From positions 23,678,698-23,742,697 of the forward strand of contig NC_069002.1 in assembly GCF_001194135.2 (NCBI RefSeq): a stretch of DNA of 64,000 nt, read 5' to 3'. How positions within the stretch are numbered: position 1 is the stretch's first letter; each line of letters opens with the position of its first letter. A program made the position numbers and the translations under genes. Below, one piece after another: positions 1 to 12,730 of this stretch. The notes beneath the pieces are model-generated. The model saw nothing but the letters and a program-made list of their open reading frames with translations, had not been told where the DNA came from and made no database searches. The stretch comes from Octopus bimaculoides. Lineage: Eukaryota.

Positions 1-309
1 TCAGTTTTACACACTCATTCCTTATCCTCTGCTTTTTCTTGCAAATATTTTCCAAAAACAGCCACCTCCCACCACCACCATATCAACATCGTCACCATCA
101 CCCTCATCACTCCATATATATCTTCCTCCCAGCTGACAGTTTCCATGTAGTGAAGGGTACAATTCTAGGATGTGTAGATTTTAATTCCATTGGATGGAAT
201 GGTTGCAATCAGACGAGTAAACAAATGAAAGAACCACCATTCTGGTCTTTTCTGTTGCTGTTGTTGTTGTTGTTGAGACCGTCCTGCAACCTGAAGCAGG
301 TTTACTCAC

Positions 310-502
310 CATTCCTATCTTTCTCTTCGTTGTCTTATTAAATGTACCACCGCTGCTGCCGCCTCTCATTCCACTGTCGGAACTAAGCAAGCAACGTTGG
401 TGGCGATACCAATGTTGTTTTTGCAACAAAGTTTCTTCACTACCTATCAATTAATAACGTTCTGAAGACTTCTCCCGAGCAGCAGTTCCCAAACTTCACA
501 TT
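310..502 (-). other. Candidate exon of an antisense transcript
   Basis: Acceptor tttttgtttacAG before 502 and donor ATG|GTGAGT after 310, in unique non-repeat sequence. No recognisable protein. Confidence 0.3.
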
Positions 503-2339
503 CTGTAAACAAAAACACACACACGCACGCACACACACAAAACAAAAACAAACAAAAAAAATAAAATTAAAAAAGAAAAGAATGAAAGAAAGAACTTGAA
601 AGAAGGAAGAAAAATAAAGATAAATGGAAATTCTTGGCTGAAAGTAAATATTTGAATGCAGTTACATTTATCACCTCTTGTATCCTTTTTTTTTTTCTCC
701 ATTTCTGCTGTTGTAAGCACAAACATGCATATATAACATTTGTACATGCTTATCAGTATATAAATGTGTGTGTGTGTGTGTGTGCGCAGAGTTGTGTAAT
801 TAAGCAGTTTACTTCACAGGCACATTGTTTCCAGTTTGGTCTCCTTGTGTGGCTTCTTCAACATGCATTTTCTATTACAGCTTCTGGGGAAACCAATGTC
901 TCGTGAGTGAAATTCAGTTGACAGTTACAGTAGGAAAGCTTGCCATAGGTATATTTATGTGTATGGTATGTGTGTGTGTGCATGTGTGTGTGTGTGTGTG
1001 CGTGTGTGTGCGCGGGTNNNNNNNNNNNNNNNNNNNNNNNNNNNNNNNNNNNNNNNNNNNNNNNNNNNNNNNNNNNNNNNNNNNNNNNNNNNNNNNNNNN
1101 NNNNNNNNNNNNNNNNNNNNNNNNNNNNNNNNNNNNNNNNNNNNNNNNNNNNNNNNNNNNNNNNNNNNNNNNNNNNNNNNNNNNNNNNNNNNNNNNNNNN
1201 NNNNNNNNNNNNNNNNNNNNNNNNNNNNNNNNNNNNNNNNNNNNNNNNNNNNNNNNNNNNNNNNNNNNNNNNNNNNNNNNNNNNNNNNNNNNNNNNNNNN
1301 NNNNNNNNNNNNNNNNNNNNNNNNNNNNNNNNNNNNNNNNNNNNNNNNNNNNNNNNNNNNNNNNNNNNNNNNNNNNNNNNNNNNNNNNNNNNNNNNNNNN
1401 NNNNNNNNNNNNNNNNNNNNNNNNNNNNNNNNNNNNNNNNNNNNNNNNNNNNNNNNNNNNNNNNNNNNNNNNNNNNNNNNNNNNNNNNNNNNNNNNNNNN
1501 NNNNNNNNNNNNNNNNNNNNNNNNNNNNNNNNNNNNNNNNNNNNNNNNNNNNNNNNNNNNNNNNNNNNNNNNNNNNNNNNNNNNNNNNNNNNNNNNNNNN
1601 NNNNNNNNNNNNNNNNNNNNNNNNNNNNNNNNNNNNNNNNNNNNNNNNNNNNNNNNNNNNNCCCATATATATATATATATATATCATCATCATCATCATC
1701 ATCATCATCGTCGTTTAACGTCCGCTTTCCATGCTAGCATGGGTTGGACGATTTGACTGAGGACTGGTGAAACCGGATGGCAACACCAGGCTCCAATCTA
1801 ATTTGGCAGAGTTTCTACAGCTGGATGCCCTTCCTAACGCCAACCACTCATATATATAATGTATATCATCACCATCATCATCATCATCATCATCGTTTAA
1901 CATCTGTTTTCCATGCTGGCATGGATTGGACAGTTTGACTGAGGATGGAGAGCCAGCTTCTGCACCAGGTTCCAATTTGATCTGGCAGTGTTTCTACCGC
2001 TGGATGCTCTTCCTAACACCAACCACTCCAAGAGTGTAGTGCATTCTTTTTATGTGCCACTGGTACAGGAGCCAGTCAGGAGATACTGGCATTGGCCAAG
2101 TTCGTATGGTACTTCTTACACGCCACTGGCATGGGACCCAGTCAGGGAGCACTGGCCACAGCTACGATATTGGTTTTACTTGACTCAGCAAGTCTTCTCA
2201 AGCATATCATATCGCTTGACACATCAGGGGTACTCTTAACTGGGCCAGACATGCATAGCTGTAGTCTCACTTTAGTTGCTGGGTTTTCTCAATCACAGCC
2301 CATCTCCAAAGGCCTCGGTCTCCTGTCATTGCCTCTGTG

Positions 2340-2545
2340 AGGCCCAGTGTTCAAAGGTCATGCTTCACCACCTCATCCCATGTCTTCCTGGGTCTGCCTC
2401 TTACACAGGTTCCTTCCACAGATAGGGAGTGGCACTTCCTGATGCAACTGTCCTCATCCATGCATAAAACATGACCATACCAGTGCAGTCGTCTCTCTTG
2501 TGCACCACAACTGATGCTTCTTAGGTTCAACTTTTCTCTCATATA
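2340..2545 (-). mobile_element. RTE-type LINE 3' coding fragment
   Basis: QERRLHWYGHVLCMDEDSCIRKC...RGRPRKTWDEVVKHDL. Confidence 0.75.
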
Positions 2546-2574
2546 TATGTATATATATATATATNNNNNNNNNN

Positions 2575-2613
<39 letters not shown>

Positions 2614-2755
2614 AGGTCACGAAAGTGACGATACCCAAGGATGGTCGCAATCTAATGAGTAAAACAAGTTAAGGATGAAAGATAAACAAACACACACTCA
2701 CACACACAGATGCTTAGACATTTTTGTTTCCTCAAATAAACTGCACTTTATGTTT

Positions 2756-2826
2756 GAGGCTCTGATGAAGCTATAAGGTACTCAACTCTGAGTCCACCAC
2801 CTCTTATAGAGGAAACAGCAAGTAAC
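2756..2826 (+). ncRNA. Family B hammerhead-like motif, cleavage site deleted
   Basis: GAGGCU-CUGAUGA-AGCUAUAAG...CUUAUAGAG-GAAAC-AGC-AAGUAAC; the UGU of the consensus AGCUGUA is missing. Confidence 0.45.
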
Positions 2827-2896
2827 CATTTAGTCCTGTATCATCTCTCTTCCTGTATATCATCATCATCCTTTAACATTCATTTTCCATGCTGGC

Positions 2897-2951
<55 letters not shown>

Positions 2952-4010
2952 CATATACATCCATACATATTCTTTTTTCTTTTCTTTTACTCTTTTATTT
3001 GTTTCAGTCATTTGACTGTGGCCATGCTGGAGCACCGCCTTTAGTTGAGCAAATCGAACCCAAGACTTATTCTTTGTAAGCCTAGTACTTATTTATCAGC
3101 CTCTATTGCCACACTGCTAAATTATGGGTACTTAAACACTCCAACATCAGTTGTCANNNNNNNNNNNNNNNNNNNNNNNNNNNNNNNNNNNNNNNNNNNN
3201 NNNNNNNNNNNNNNNNNNNNNNNNNNNNNNNNNNNNNNNNNNNNNNNNNNNNNNNNNNNNNNNNNNNNNNNNNNNNNNNNNNNNNNNNNNNNNNNNNNNN
3301 NNNNNNNNNNNNNNNNNNNNNNNNNNNNNNNNNNNNNNNNNNNNNNNNNNNNNNNNNNNNNNNNNNNNNNNNNNNNNNNNNNNNNNNNNNNNNNNNNNNN
3401 NNNNNNNNNNNNNNNNNNNNNNNNNNNNNNNNNNNNNNNNNNNNNNNNNNNNNNNNNNNNNNNNNNNNNNNNNNNNNNNNNNNNNNNNNNNNNNNNNNNN
3501 NNNNNNNNNNNNNNNNNNNNNNNNNNNNNNNNNNNNNNNNNNNNNNNNNNNNNNNNNNNNNNNNNNNNNNNNNNNNNNNNNNNNNNNNNNNNNNNNNNNN
3601 NNNNNNNNNNNNNNNNNNNNNNNNNNNNNNNNNNNNNNNNNNNNNNNNNNNNNNNNNNNNNNNNNNNNNNNNNNNNNNNNNNNNNNNNNNNNNNNNNNNN
3701 NNNNNNNNNNNNNNNNNNNNNNNNNNNNNNNNNNNNNNNNNNNNNNNNNNNNNNNNNNNNNNNNNNNNNNNNNNNNNNNNNNNNNNNNNNNNNNNNNNNN
3801 NNNNNNNNNNNNNNNNNNNNNNNNNNNNNNNNNNNNNNNNNNNNNNNNNNNNNNNNNNNNNNNNNNNNNNNNNNNNNNNNNNNNNNNNNNNNNNNNNNNN
3901 NNNNNNNNNNNNNNNNNNNNNNNNNNNNNNNNNNNNNNNNNNNNNNNNNNNNNNNNNNNNNNNNNNNNNNNNNNNNNNNNNNNNNNNNNNNNNNNNNNNN
4001 NNNNNNNNNN

Positions 4011-5058
4011 TGTGTGTTGTTTTGTCGACCACACAGTGTAGTAGGGTCAGTTTGGCACCGTCTGAAAAAACACCACCAAAACACAATTCACTTTGCCAGA
4101 AGTTTGGAAATGACATGCTGCACTTCTTGGCATTCAGGCCAGAGGCTCCAGTACGAATATTTCAGAATGTTTGGGTGTCAATCTGAGGACAGTGCAGAGG
4201 ATTTGAAAAGAGTTGGATGAGTTTAATGGTGATTACGAAGGTATGGCAGCTCAGAAAATTCAATCTGTTTGTTCTGATAAGAAATGAACTCGTGAATTTC
4301 TTGGTGAGATCCAGGCCATGATTGACAATGATCCCTCCAAGTCAATCTTGTCCATCGTCAGGGATATGGGAGTGTCTGAGTTTCTTATCAGGCAGGTAGT
4401 GCATGAAGGCATTCAGTATTCCTTATACAAGATGAGAAAGGGCCAATTTTTATCCTAAGCCCTCAAGGACAAGAGGAAAGACTGCGCTTTGGAGCTTTTG
4501 AACAAACTCAAGCATCCCCTTCAACTGAACATGGTTTGGTTTTTCTCAGATGAGAAAAATTTCTGTCAGCATGAGATGGTGAACATGCAGAACAACTGGT
4601 GGTTTGCCATTTCCCTAAAACTTGTACTGAGAGTGGTAAAAATCAAACATCCAGCCAACATCATGCTGCTTGAAGAGATCATTAGTGATGACAATGTCAT
4701 GCTTCCTTTCATCTTCCCACATTGCCTCAGACACAGAGGCCTACATCAAGTGCCTGGAGGAGGTAGTGCTGCCCTGGGTCAATAGGGCGGCTGCTGGATG
4801 AACTGAAGATGAACTGGGATAAGAATTATGACGGCATCCACCAATTTAAACAAAGAAACTCTCCAAAAGAGTTGCAGGAGATTCCGAAGTCATCTGGAGG
4901 CTGTGGTTGAAGCCAATAGTAATTCTATTGAATAAATTTACTCTTTAGTATTTCAAAATATTTTTATCTAACTTTGGTAAATATATCTGTTAAAATGAGA
5001 TGTCAGTGTTACTTGCATTTGTATGTAATTTTGACAACAATTTATTCACTGCACTGTG
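4011..5058 (+). mobile_element. Degenerate Tc1/mariner (maT/DD37D-like) transposon, 3' part
   Basis: WFFSDEKNFCQ...KHPANIM...MLPFIFPH. Ends at a TIR-like tttattcactgcac; the same end appears inverted at 15049. Confidence 0.75.
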
Positions 5059-6698
5059 GATGTATGCATATATATATATATATATATATATATAAATGTG
5101 AGTCTGGAGGGATATATTATCTGGGTGGATACTGTGGTGGTTCTCAGTTAAGTTCCAGTTTATCACTAACCACATCGATCAGTATTTAATGTCCGTAACT
5201 GTCAGTCACTCTGTGAATTCCTCAGATGGGTAATGCCATGTTTGCTTTGCTGAATGGTAATATTATAGCTTGCTGTATAGAATTGTAAAATGAGAGAAAA
5301 TGAATTTTGAGTATGAACAAGTCTCCATGCTCTTTATAATTATTACTAATACACACACACACACACACACACGCACACACACATGTGTATATATATTTAC
5401 TTATATATATANNNNNNNNNNNNNNNNNNNNNNNNNNNNNNNNNNNNNNNNNNNNNNNNNNNNNNNNNNNNNNNNNNNNNNNNNNNNNNNNNNNNNNNNN
5501 NNNNNNNNNNNNNNNNNNNNNNNNNNNNNNNNNNNNNNNNNNNNNNNNNNNNNNNNNNNNNNNNNNNNNNNNNNNNNNNNNNNNNNNNNNNNNNNNNNNN
5601 NNNNNNNNNNNNNNNNNNNNNNNNNNNNNNNNNNNNNNNNNNNNNNNNNNNNNNNNNNNNNNNNNNNNNNNNNNNNNNNNNNNNNNNNNNNNNNNNNNNN
5701 NNNNNNNNNNNNNNNNNNNNNNNNNNNNNNNNNNNNNNNNNNNNNNNNNNNNNNNNNNNNNNNNNNNNNNNNNNNNNNNNNNNNNNNNNNNNNNNNNNNN
5801 NNNNNNNNNNNNNNNNNNNNNNNNNNNNNNNNNNNNNNNNNNNNNNNNNNNNNNNNNNNNNNNNNNNNNNNNNNNNNNNNNNNNNNNNNNNNNNNNNNNN
5901 NNNNNNNNNNNNNNNNNNNNNNNNNNNNNNNNNNNNNNNNNNNNNNNNNNNNNNNNNNNNNNNNNNNNNNNNNNNNNNNNNNNNNNNNNNNNNNAATAAT
6001 AATAATTATTATTATTATTATTATTATTATTATTTCTACTCTAGGCACAAGGCCTTGAAAATTTGTTGGGAAATGGGGCTAGTTGATTATATCAACCCAG
6101 TACATAACTGGTACTTATTTCATTGACCCTGAAAGGACGAAAGACAAAGTCTGCCTCAGCAGAATTTGAACTAAGAATGTAGAGGTGGACAAAATATCAC
6201 TAAGCATTTTGCCGGGTGTGCTAGCAATTCTACCAGGTCACCACCTTAATAATAATAATAATAATAAGCGGGATCACTGCCAGAGCAGCAATCTCGTTTC
6301 TGTGCCGGTGGCACGTAAAAAGCACCATTTGAGCGCAATCGTTTCCAGCTCCGCCTTACTGGCACTTGTGCCAGTGACATGTGAACAAAACATTGGCAGA
6401 CTACTGTGCAGGTGGCACATAAAAAGCACCATTTGAGCATGGCTGTTGCCAATACCGCTGGACTGGCCCTCATGCTGGTGGCATGTAAAAAGCACCCACT
6501 ACACTCTCGGAGTGGTTGGCATTAGGAAGGACATCCAGCTGTAGAAAATCTGCTAGATCAGATTGGAGTCTGGTGTAGCCATCTGCTTCGCCAGTCCCCA
6601 GTCAAATCATCCAACCCATGCTAGCATGGAAAGCAGACGTTAAANNNNNNNNNNAGTCAAATCATCCAACCCATGCTAGCATGGAAAGCAGACGTTAA

Positions 6699-6737
<39 letters not shown>

Positions 6738-6814
6738 TTGATGAATAATAATAATCTTTTGTGTTCTAAACACAAGGTCTCGAATTTTGGACGTAGCAAG
6801 CTTGTTGACTTCAT

Positions 6815-7135
6815 CGACTTCAGAGAAATCAACCTGAGAGAAATGTTGGACATAAGAAGCATCAGATGTGGCATGCAAGAGAGACGTTTGTGCTGGTGTG
6901 GTCATGTACTACGGATGGATGAGGAGAGCTGTGTGAAGAAGTGCCACTCCCAAACAGTGGAAGGAATCCAGGGTAGAGGGAGACCCAGGAAGACAGGGGA
7001 TGAAGTGGTGAAGCATGACCTTCGAACGTTGGGCCTCACAGAAGAAATGATGAAAGACAGAGACCTCTGGAGATATGGTGTGACTGAGAAGACCCAGCAA
7101 ATAAAGTGAGATCACAGCTGTAACCTACTCCAGTG
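6815..7135 (+). mobile_element. RTE-type LINE 3' end
   Basis: SIRCGMQERRLCWCGHVLRM...GRGRPRKTGDEVVKHDL. Related fragments at 2340-2545 (-) and about 57130-57370 (-). Confidence 0.75.
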
Positions 7136-7780
7136 TCNNNNNNNNNNNNNNNNNNNNNNNNNNNNNNNNNNNNNNNNNNNNNNNNNNNNNNNNNNNNNNN
7201 NNNNNNNNNNNNNNNNNNNNNNNNNNNNNNNNNNNNNNNNNNNNNNNNNNNNNNNNNNNNNNNNNNNNNNNNNNNNNNNNNNNNNNNNNNNNNNNNNNNN
7301 NNNNNNNNNNNNNNNNNNNNNNNNNNNNNNNNNNACTTATTGAGTCAAGTACATCAACATGAAAATGAAATCAAATCACAATCAAATGGAAATTGTAGTT
7401 GTGGTCCCTGTGCTAGTGGCACATAAAAAGCACCCACTACACTCTCAAAAGTGGTTGGCATTAGGACAGGCATCCAGCTGTAGAAACATTGCCAGATCAG
7501 ATTGGGGCCTGGTGCAGCCTCCTGGCTTTCCAGACCCCAGTCAAACTGTCCAACCCATGCCAGCATGGAAAACGGACGTTAAACAATGATGTTGATGATG
7601 ATTGTGATATCCTTACTTGTAATTCCAGTCAGAACTAAGCACACAACTGGCTCAGGGGCCCAGGCACAGGATCAAATAAGGCCAAGAAGGAGGTGACAGC
7701 TCAAGTGTTAATGCTAGTGTGCTTCAGACTTGGAACAACTTTTGATGTAGACACATTGCACCAATTGCTTACATCATTAA

Positions 7781-7998
7781 CCCTTTCCTTAGTGTATTTA
7801 TTTTGAGATGCTCTGTGTTTCTGTCAATTACTTTAAATATAACAAAGAATTTAGTAAAATAACTTAGTTATCTCAGCTAGTGTTAGGAACATAAATTCTG
7901 ACTAAGATTTGTTGGAAGATTTTAATTGAAAACATATGAAAACAAGACATTTGTACTCAGAGCCAGAACCGGTTTCGGCTGGGTTGGTAATGAAAGGG
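7781..7998. mobile_element. piggyBac-like MITE
   Basis: TTAA|CCCTTT...AAAGGG|TTAA; second copy at 49668-49888. Confidence 0.7.
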
Positions 7999-8607
7999 TT
8001 AAATATGTAATAATATTGTTGCCTTATCCCTGCCCCATTTTTCTTATGAAATCTGTTGGTGCCTATACCAGNNNNNNNNNNNNNNNNNNNNNNNNNNNNN
8101 NNNNNNNNNNNNNNNNNNNNNNNNNNNNNNNNNNNNNNNNNNNNNNNNNNNNNNNNNNNNNNNNNNNNNNNNNNNNNNNNNNNNNNNNNNNNNNNNNNNN
8201 NNNNNNNNNNNNNNNNNNNNNNNNNNNNNNNNNNNNNNNNNNNNNNNNNNNNNNNNNNNNNNNNNNNNNNNNNNNNNNNNNNNNNNNNNNNNNNNNNNNN
8301 NNNNNNNNNNNNNNNNNNNNNNNNNNNNNNNNNNNNNNNNNNNNNNNNNNNNNNNNNNNNNNNNNNNNNNNNNNNNNNNNNNNNNNNNNNNNNNNNNNNN
8401 NNNNNNNNNNNNNNNNNNNNNNNNNNNNNNNNNNNNNNNNNNNNNNNNNNNNNNNNNNNNNNNNNNNNNNNNNNNTCCCTCATCTCCCATCCCCTCCTCC
8501 CACTTCTCCCCCCTGCCTCAATGATACTTTTTCTTGCTGTGTAACATTCTTTTCCTCTTTGTCTGTCACCAGGCCTCAACCTGCACCTCTTATGTTAATT
8601 CTCTCCA

Positions 8608-8654
<47 letters not shown>

Positions 8655-9871
8655 ACAATGTATAGCATGACTGAAGTATTCACCCAACCAACCAACATTT
8701 ATATCAACTCTTATTAAATGGAGATGATCTGACTCACCACCAGTCTGTGGCCCAGTGCAACCAGACTGAAACCATCATCATTACCAGCATCAACATCAAC
8801 AACAGAAAAATGTTTGATCTGATGAGGAAGCCTCTATGTAGACTTTAAATCTGGTAGAAATAACAGCCCCAGCTATCTCAAATTGTACCCCACTGTCATA
8901 AATAAGGACAAATACATTGGACAATGTAGTGCATGATACATGTGAAAAAGATGGGATGGTCATGGCCGGAATATCTTGATCATATTTCTGCTCAATGAGG
9001 AACAAGGGTTAAATGCCATCTCCAACATTATGCCTTCTCCCCTTCTCTCACTACCTCCACTACCACCAACACCACTACCCCAGCACTTTCATCGTAATCA
9101 TCTTCACCATCACTACCAATTCTTTAACTCTGAACTCCATTCTTGCTATTCAAATGAGATGAGAATCAATTTTGTTGAGAGGAAAAAGAGTTACATTCAT
9201 TCCTTTTCTTAGTTTTGTATTTTCTATTTTTCTTTATTCTATTTTTCTCTATTTTATTTTAATTTTTAATTTTTAATTTACTTCATGTAGAATAAATACT
9301 AAAACTTTAAAGGCAGATCAAGTTCTTTGAATTGAAGAGATTAGAAGAATATGATGGGCCTTTTGGAGAATAATTGTAGAATAAGGCAAAGGGAGGGGGA
9401 CAGAAAGAGAGACATTTGATAATATTTTGTCTTTTGTTTCAAAAGAAATAGGCATTCAACATCGACAATTTTTCTTTTCAGCTTTTTTGATAATTTAGAA
9501 GTCGGTGGCTATAGTGTTTGAAAAGGAATTCTAAAGCTTTGAAGGCTACAAAGAAAAACAGGGGTTAGCTTTGGTAAACTTGGCAGGAAGAATATTGACT
9601 TCATACTTTTGGAGGTCTGTGGTAGTTTATAGAAGTTAGAGGATGTAGAAAATGTGCAAAACTATTGAAAATTGATAGAAAGTACTGGAAACTAGCATCT
9701 ATTGAGATTACTATTGTACACATCTATTGAGATTTCTATTGTACACATACCCATACACCCCCCCACACACACATATGCTACTTTGGTATTGGTTTTTCTT
9801 CATAGATAATCTTATTAAGCTTAGATAAAGCTTAGATATTGGTGTCTAATTTTGGAAGGTTCTGTGGCACA

Positions 9872-10091
9872 TATGAGGGAGTTCTGAAGAGTTCCTGGCT
9901 TTAAGGGTGCTGCAAAAGGCCTGGTTGGAGGTCCAACCTTTTGACTTCTTTTACAGGGTTTAGAAAAATTGAAGGACCACTGCAATAGGTGTGTGAATCT
10001 GAGAGGGGAATATGTTGAATAAAATCATAATTAACTGATCCTCCTGTATTTTCTTCTACCCAAAGCCAGGAACTTTACACTACCCCCTTGT
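9872..10091. mobile_element. Mariner-type MITE
   Basis: Imperfect TIRs atgaggggagttctgaagagttcctggcttt and aaagccaggaactttacactacccccttgta. Confidence 0.6.
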
Positions 10092-10144
10092 ACATAGCAC
10101 ATTTATATACATGGGTGCACACACAAACACACACACACACACAG

Positions 10145-10575
10145 TGGCTGTGTGTTAAGTAGCTTGCTTACCAATCACATGGTTCCGAGTTCAGTCCCAC
10201 TGCATGGCACCTTGGGCAAGTATCTTCTCCTATAGCTTCAGGCTGACCAAAGCCTTGTGAGTGGATTTGGTAGATGGAAACTGAAAGAAGCCCGTCGTAT
10301 ATATCTATATATATGTGTGTGTGTGTGTGTGTGTGCGTGCATGTGTGTGTGCGTGTGTGTGTGTGTGCTCATGTGTGTTTGTGTTTGTCTCCCCACCATC
10401 GCTTGACAACCGATGCTGGTGTGTTTATGTGCCCGTAACTTAGCGGCTCGGCAAAAGAGACCAATAGAATAAGTACTAGGCTTACAAAGAATAAGTCCTG
10501 GGGTCGATTTGTTTGACAAAAGGTGGAGCCCCAGCATGGCCACAGTCAAATGACTGAAGCAAGTAAAAGAATAAA
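10145..10575 (+). mobile_element. tRNA-derived SINE family 1 (ggctgtgtggtaag head, central microsatellite, ...aaacaagtaaaaga tail)
   Basis: Many homologous copies: about 11250-11690 +, 13675-14020 -, 14430-14590 -, 16255-16600 +, 20765-21125 -, 30195-30590 +, 35425-36070 +, 43040-43195 -, 46205-46560 +, 58790-59090 -, 62790-63490 +. Confidence 0.8.
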
Positions 10576-11038
10576 AGAATATATGTTATGATTGTTTGTT
10601 CCTTCTTGAGCCATGCCTGGCTCATAAGGGACAGTTTCCTGGTTTCATTGGCGTATAGGTTCCCCTCCTGGATGGGACGCCAGTCCATTGCAGGTGAACT
10701 ACTAAATGCAGGAGGAAAGAGTGAGAGAAAGTTGTGGCAAAAGAGTCAGCAGAAGTTCGCCATTACCTTCTGCCAGACCACGTGCAGCTTAGGTGTTTCA
10801 TTTATAAACACACACATTGCCCGATCTGAGATTCAAACTCACAATCCTTCAACTGCAAGTCTGCTGCTCTAACCACTAGGCCATATGCCTCCACAATACA
10901 CATATATACACACTAAAATTCGTATAACTTAATATGTAACACATTGAAATGTATTTGGATGTTATAAGATCTTTAACTGTGGAGATAATCCCTGAAGAAA
11001 ATTCTCCATCAAGACAAGAGTCTTGATTGTGATGATGA

Positions 11039-11073
<35 letters not shown>

Positions 11074-12369
11074 TCATCTTCATTTAACGTCCGCTTTCCA
11101 TGCTAGCATGGGTTGGACGATTTGACTAAGGACTGACAAGCCAGAAGGCTGCACCAGTCTCCAATCTGATCTGGCAGAGTTTCTACAGCTGGATGCCCTT
11201 CCTAACGCCAACCACTCCGAGAGTGTAGTGGGTGCTTTTATATATAGGTGCAGGAGTGGCTGTGTGGTAAGTAGCTTGCTTACCAACCACATGATCCCTG
11301 GTTCAGTCTCACTGCATGGCACCTTTGGCAAGTGTCTTCTACTGTAGCCTCAAGCCAATCAAAGCCTTGTGAGTGGATTTGGTAGATGGAAACTGAAAAG
11401 AAGCCTGTTACACACACATACACATCTGTGTGTCTTCATGTCTGTGTTTCTTCCCACCACCACCACTTGAAACCAGTGTTAGTGTGTTTACAATCCTGTA
11501 AGTTAGCAGTTCAGCAAAATGAACCTGATAGAATAAGTATTAAGCTAAACATAAATAAATAAATAAATAAATAAATAATTACTGGAGTTGATTTGTTGAA
11601 CTGGAAATTCTTCAAGCTGGTGCCCCAGCATGACCTCAGTCCAATGACTAGAACAAATAAACGAGTAAAAAAGAGTAAGGCGGTGCCCCAGCATGGTCTC
11701 AGTCCAGTGACTGAAACAAGTAAAAGATAAAATCTATGTAGATAAGTGTGTATACCTTTTGCTGAAGTAACATCAGCAAATGCCAGAGCCGTGCTTGTGA
11801 ATAAAGTTCCTTGATAAATTTATTCCACTCCGAGTTACAGAACACTTCCCTGCAATCTTCCATGATAGATCTGTTTGAAACCTGCGACCAAACAGTGCTA
11901 TTCTTCACAATTGCCATATAAAATCTATAAATAGAATAAACAATTCACTCGCACGTAACCAGATTTCGTACAGATGCAGACTTATCCATGGGGTTTGCTT
12001 CTCTTTTATCCTTTTACTGCAGCAAATAGTTCGAAGTTAAACATGAGTCTGACGAAAGAATCTGGGAATTGTTTAAAAACACAACATAACAAAATAAATG
12101 GAATAATTTCAGTTAATTAATTTGTCCAAATCACAACTTTTTTGAAAATGATTTCTTTATTGTAGTGGGATCTTATCCTCTTCCGAATTTGTAAGAAGAG
12201 ATGGGCTGGATGGGGGAGTAGTTTGTGTGATATTGAGAATTCAATGATGTAATCATTTTCAGAACATTTATAGTTTTTTTTCCTGTTTTTTTTTCTTTTA
12301 ATATTTTACTCTGTTTATTTCATCAATCACACATGACAAAATAAACAAGCAAAAGTAAACAATACAGGA

Positions 12370-12666
12370 AACCACAGCAAAATAATAATAATAATAATAA
12401 TAATTATAATAATAATAATAGCAAGGATAATAATAGCAAAAATAAGAATAACGAAAATAACTAATAATAATAATAATAATTTGAATAATAATAATAATAA
12501 TAATAATAATAGTAATAATAATAATAATAGTTGCCATGAGAATAATAATAATGATAATAATGATAATAATGATAATAATAATAATAATAATTGTCATGAT
12601 AATAATAATAAAATGATAATAGTAATGATAATAGTAAAAATAAGAATAATAAAAATAACTAACAAT

Positions 12667-12710
<44 letters not shown>

Positions 12711-12730
12711 TAACAATGATAATAATGAAA
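12370..12730. repeat. Compound (AAT)n microsatellite
   Basis: Directly visible; accounts for the poly-N and poly-I ORFs in the track. Confidence 0.95.

Noticed and set aside
225-341. Signal-peptide-like ORF MKEPPFWSFLLLLLLLLRPSCNL on the plus strand
   Set aside because: The hydrophobic run comes from a (TTG)n microsatellite, there is no convincing donor, and it stops after 38 codons.
825-1756. Long ORFs in the track spanning N runs (also near 3045, 5300, 29139, 31280, 47281, 60724)
   Set aside because: They are open only because N codons cannot be stops, and their flanks are microsatellites.
8815-8880. CTGATGAG motif
   Set aside because: No stem II followed by GAAAC; it is part of a different repeat.
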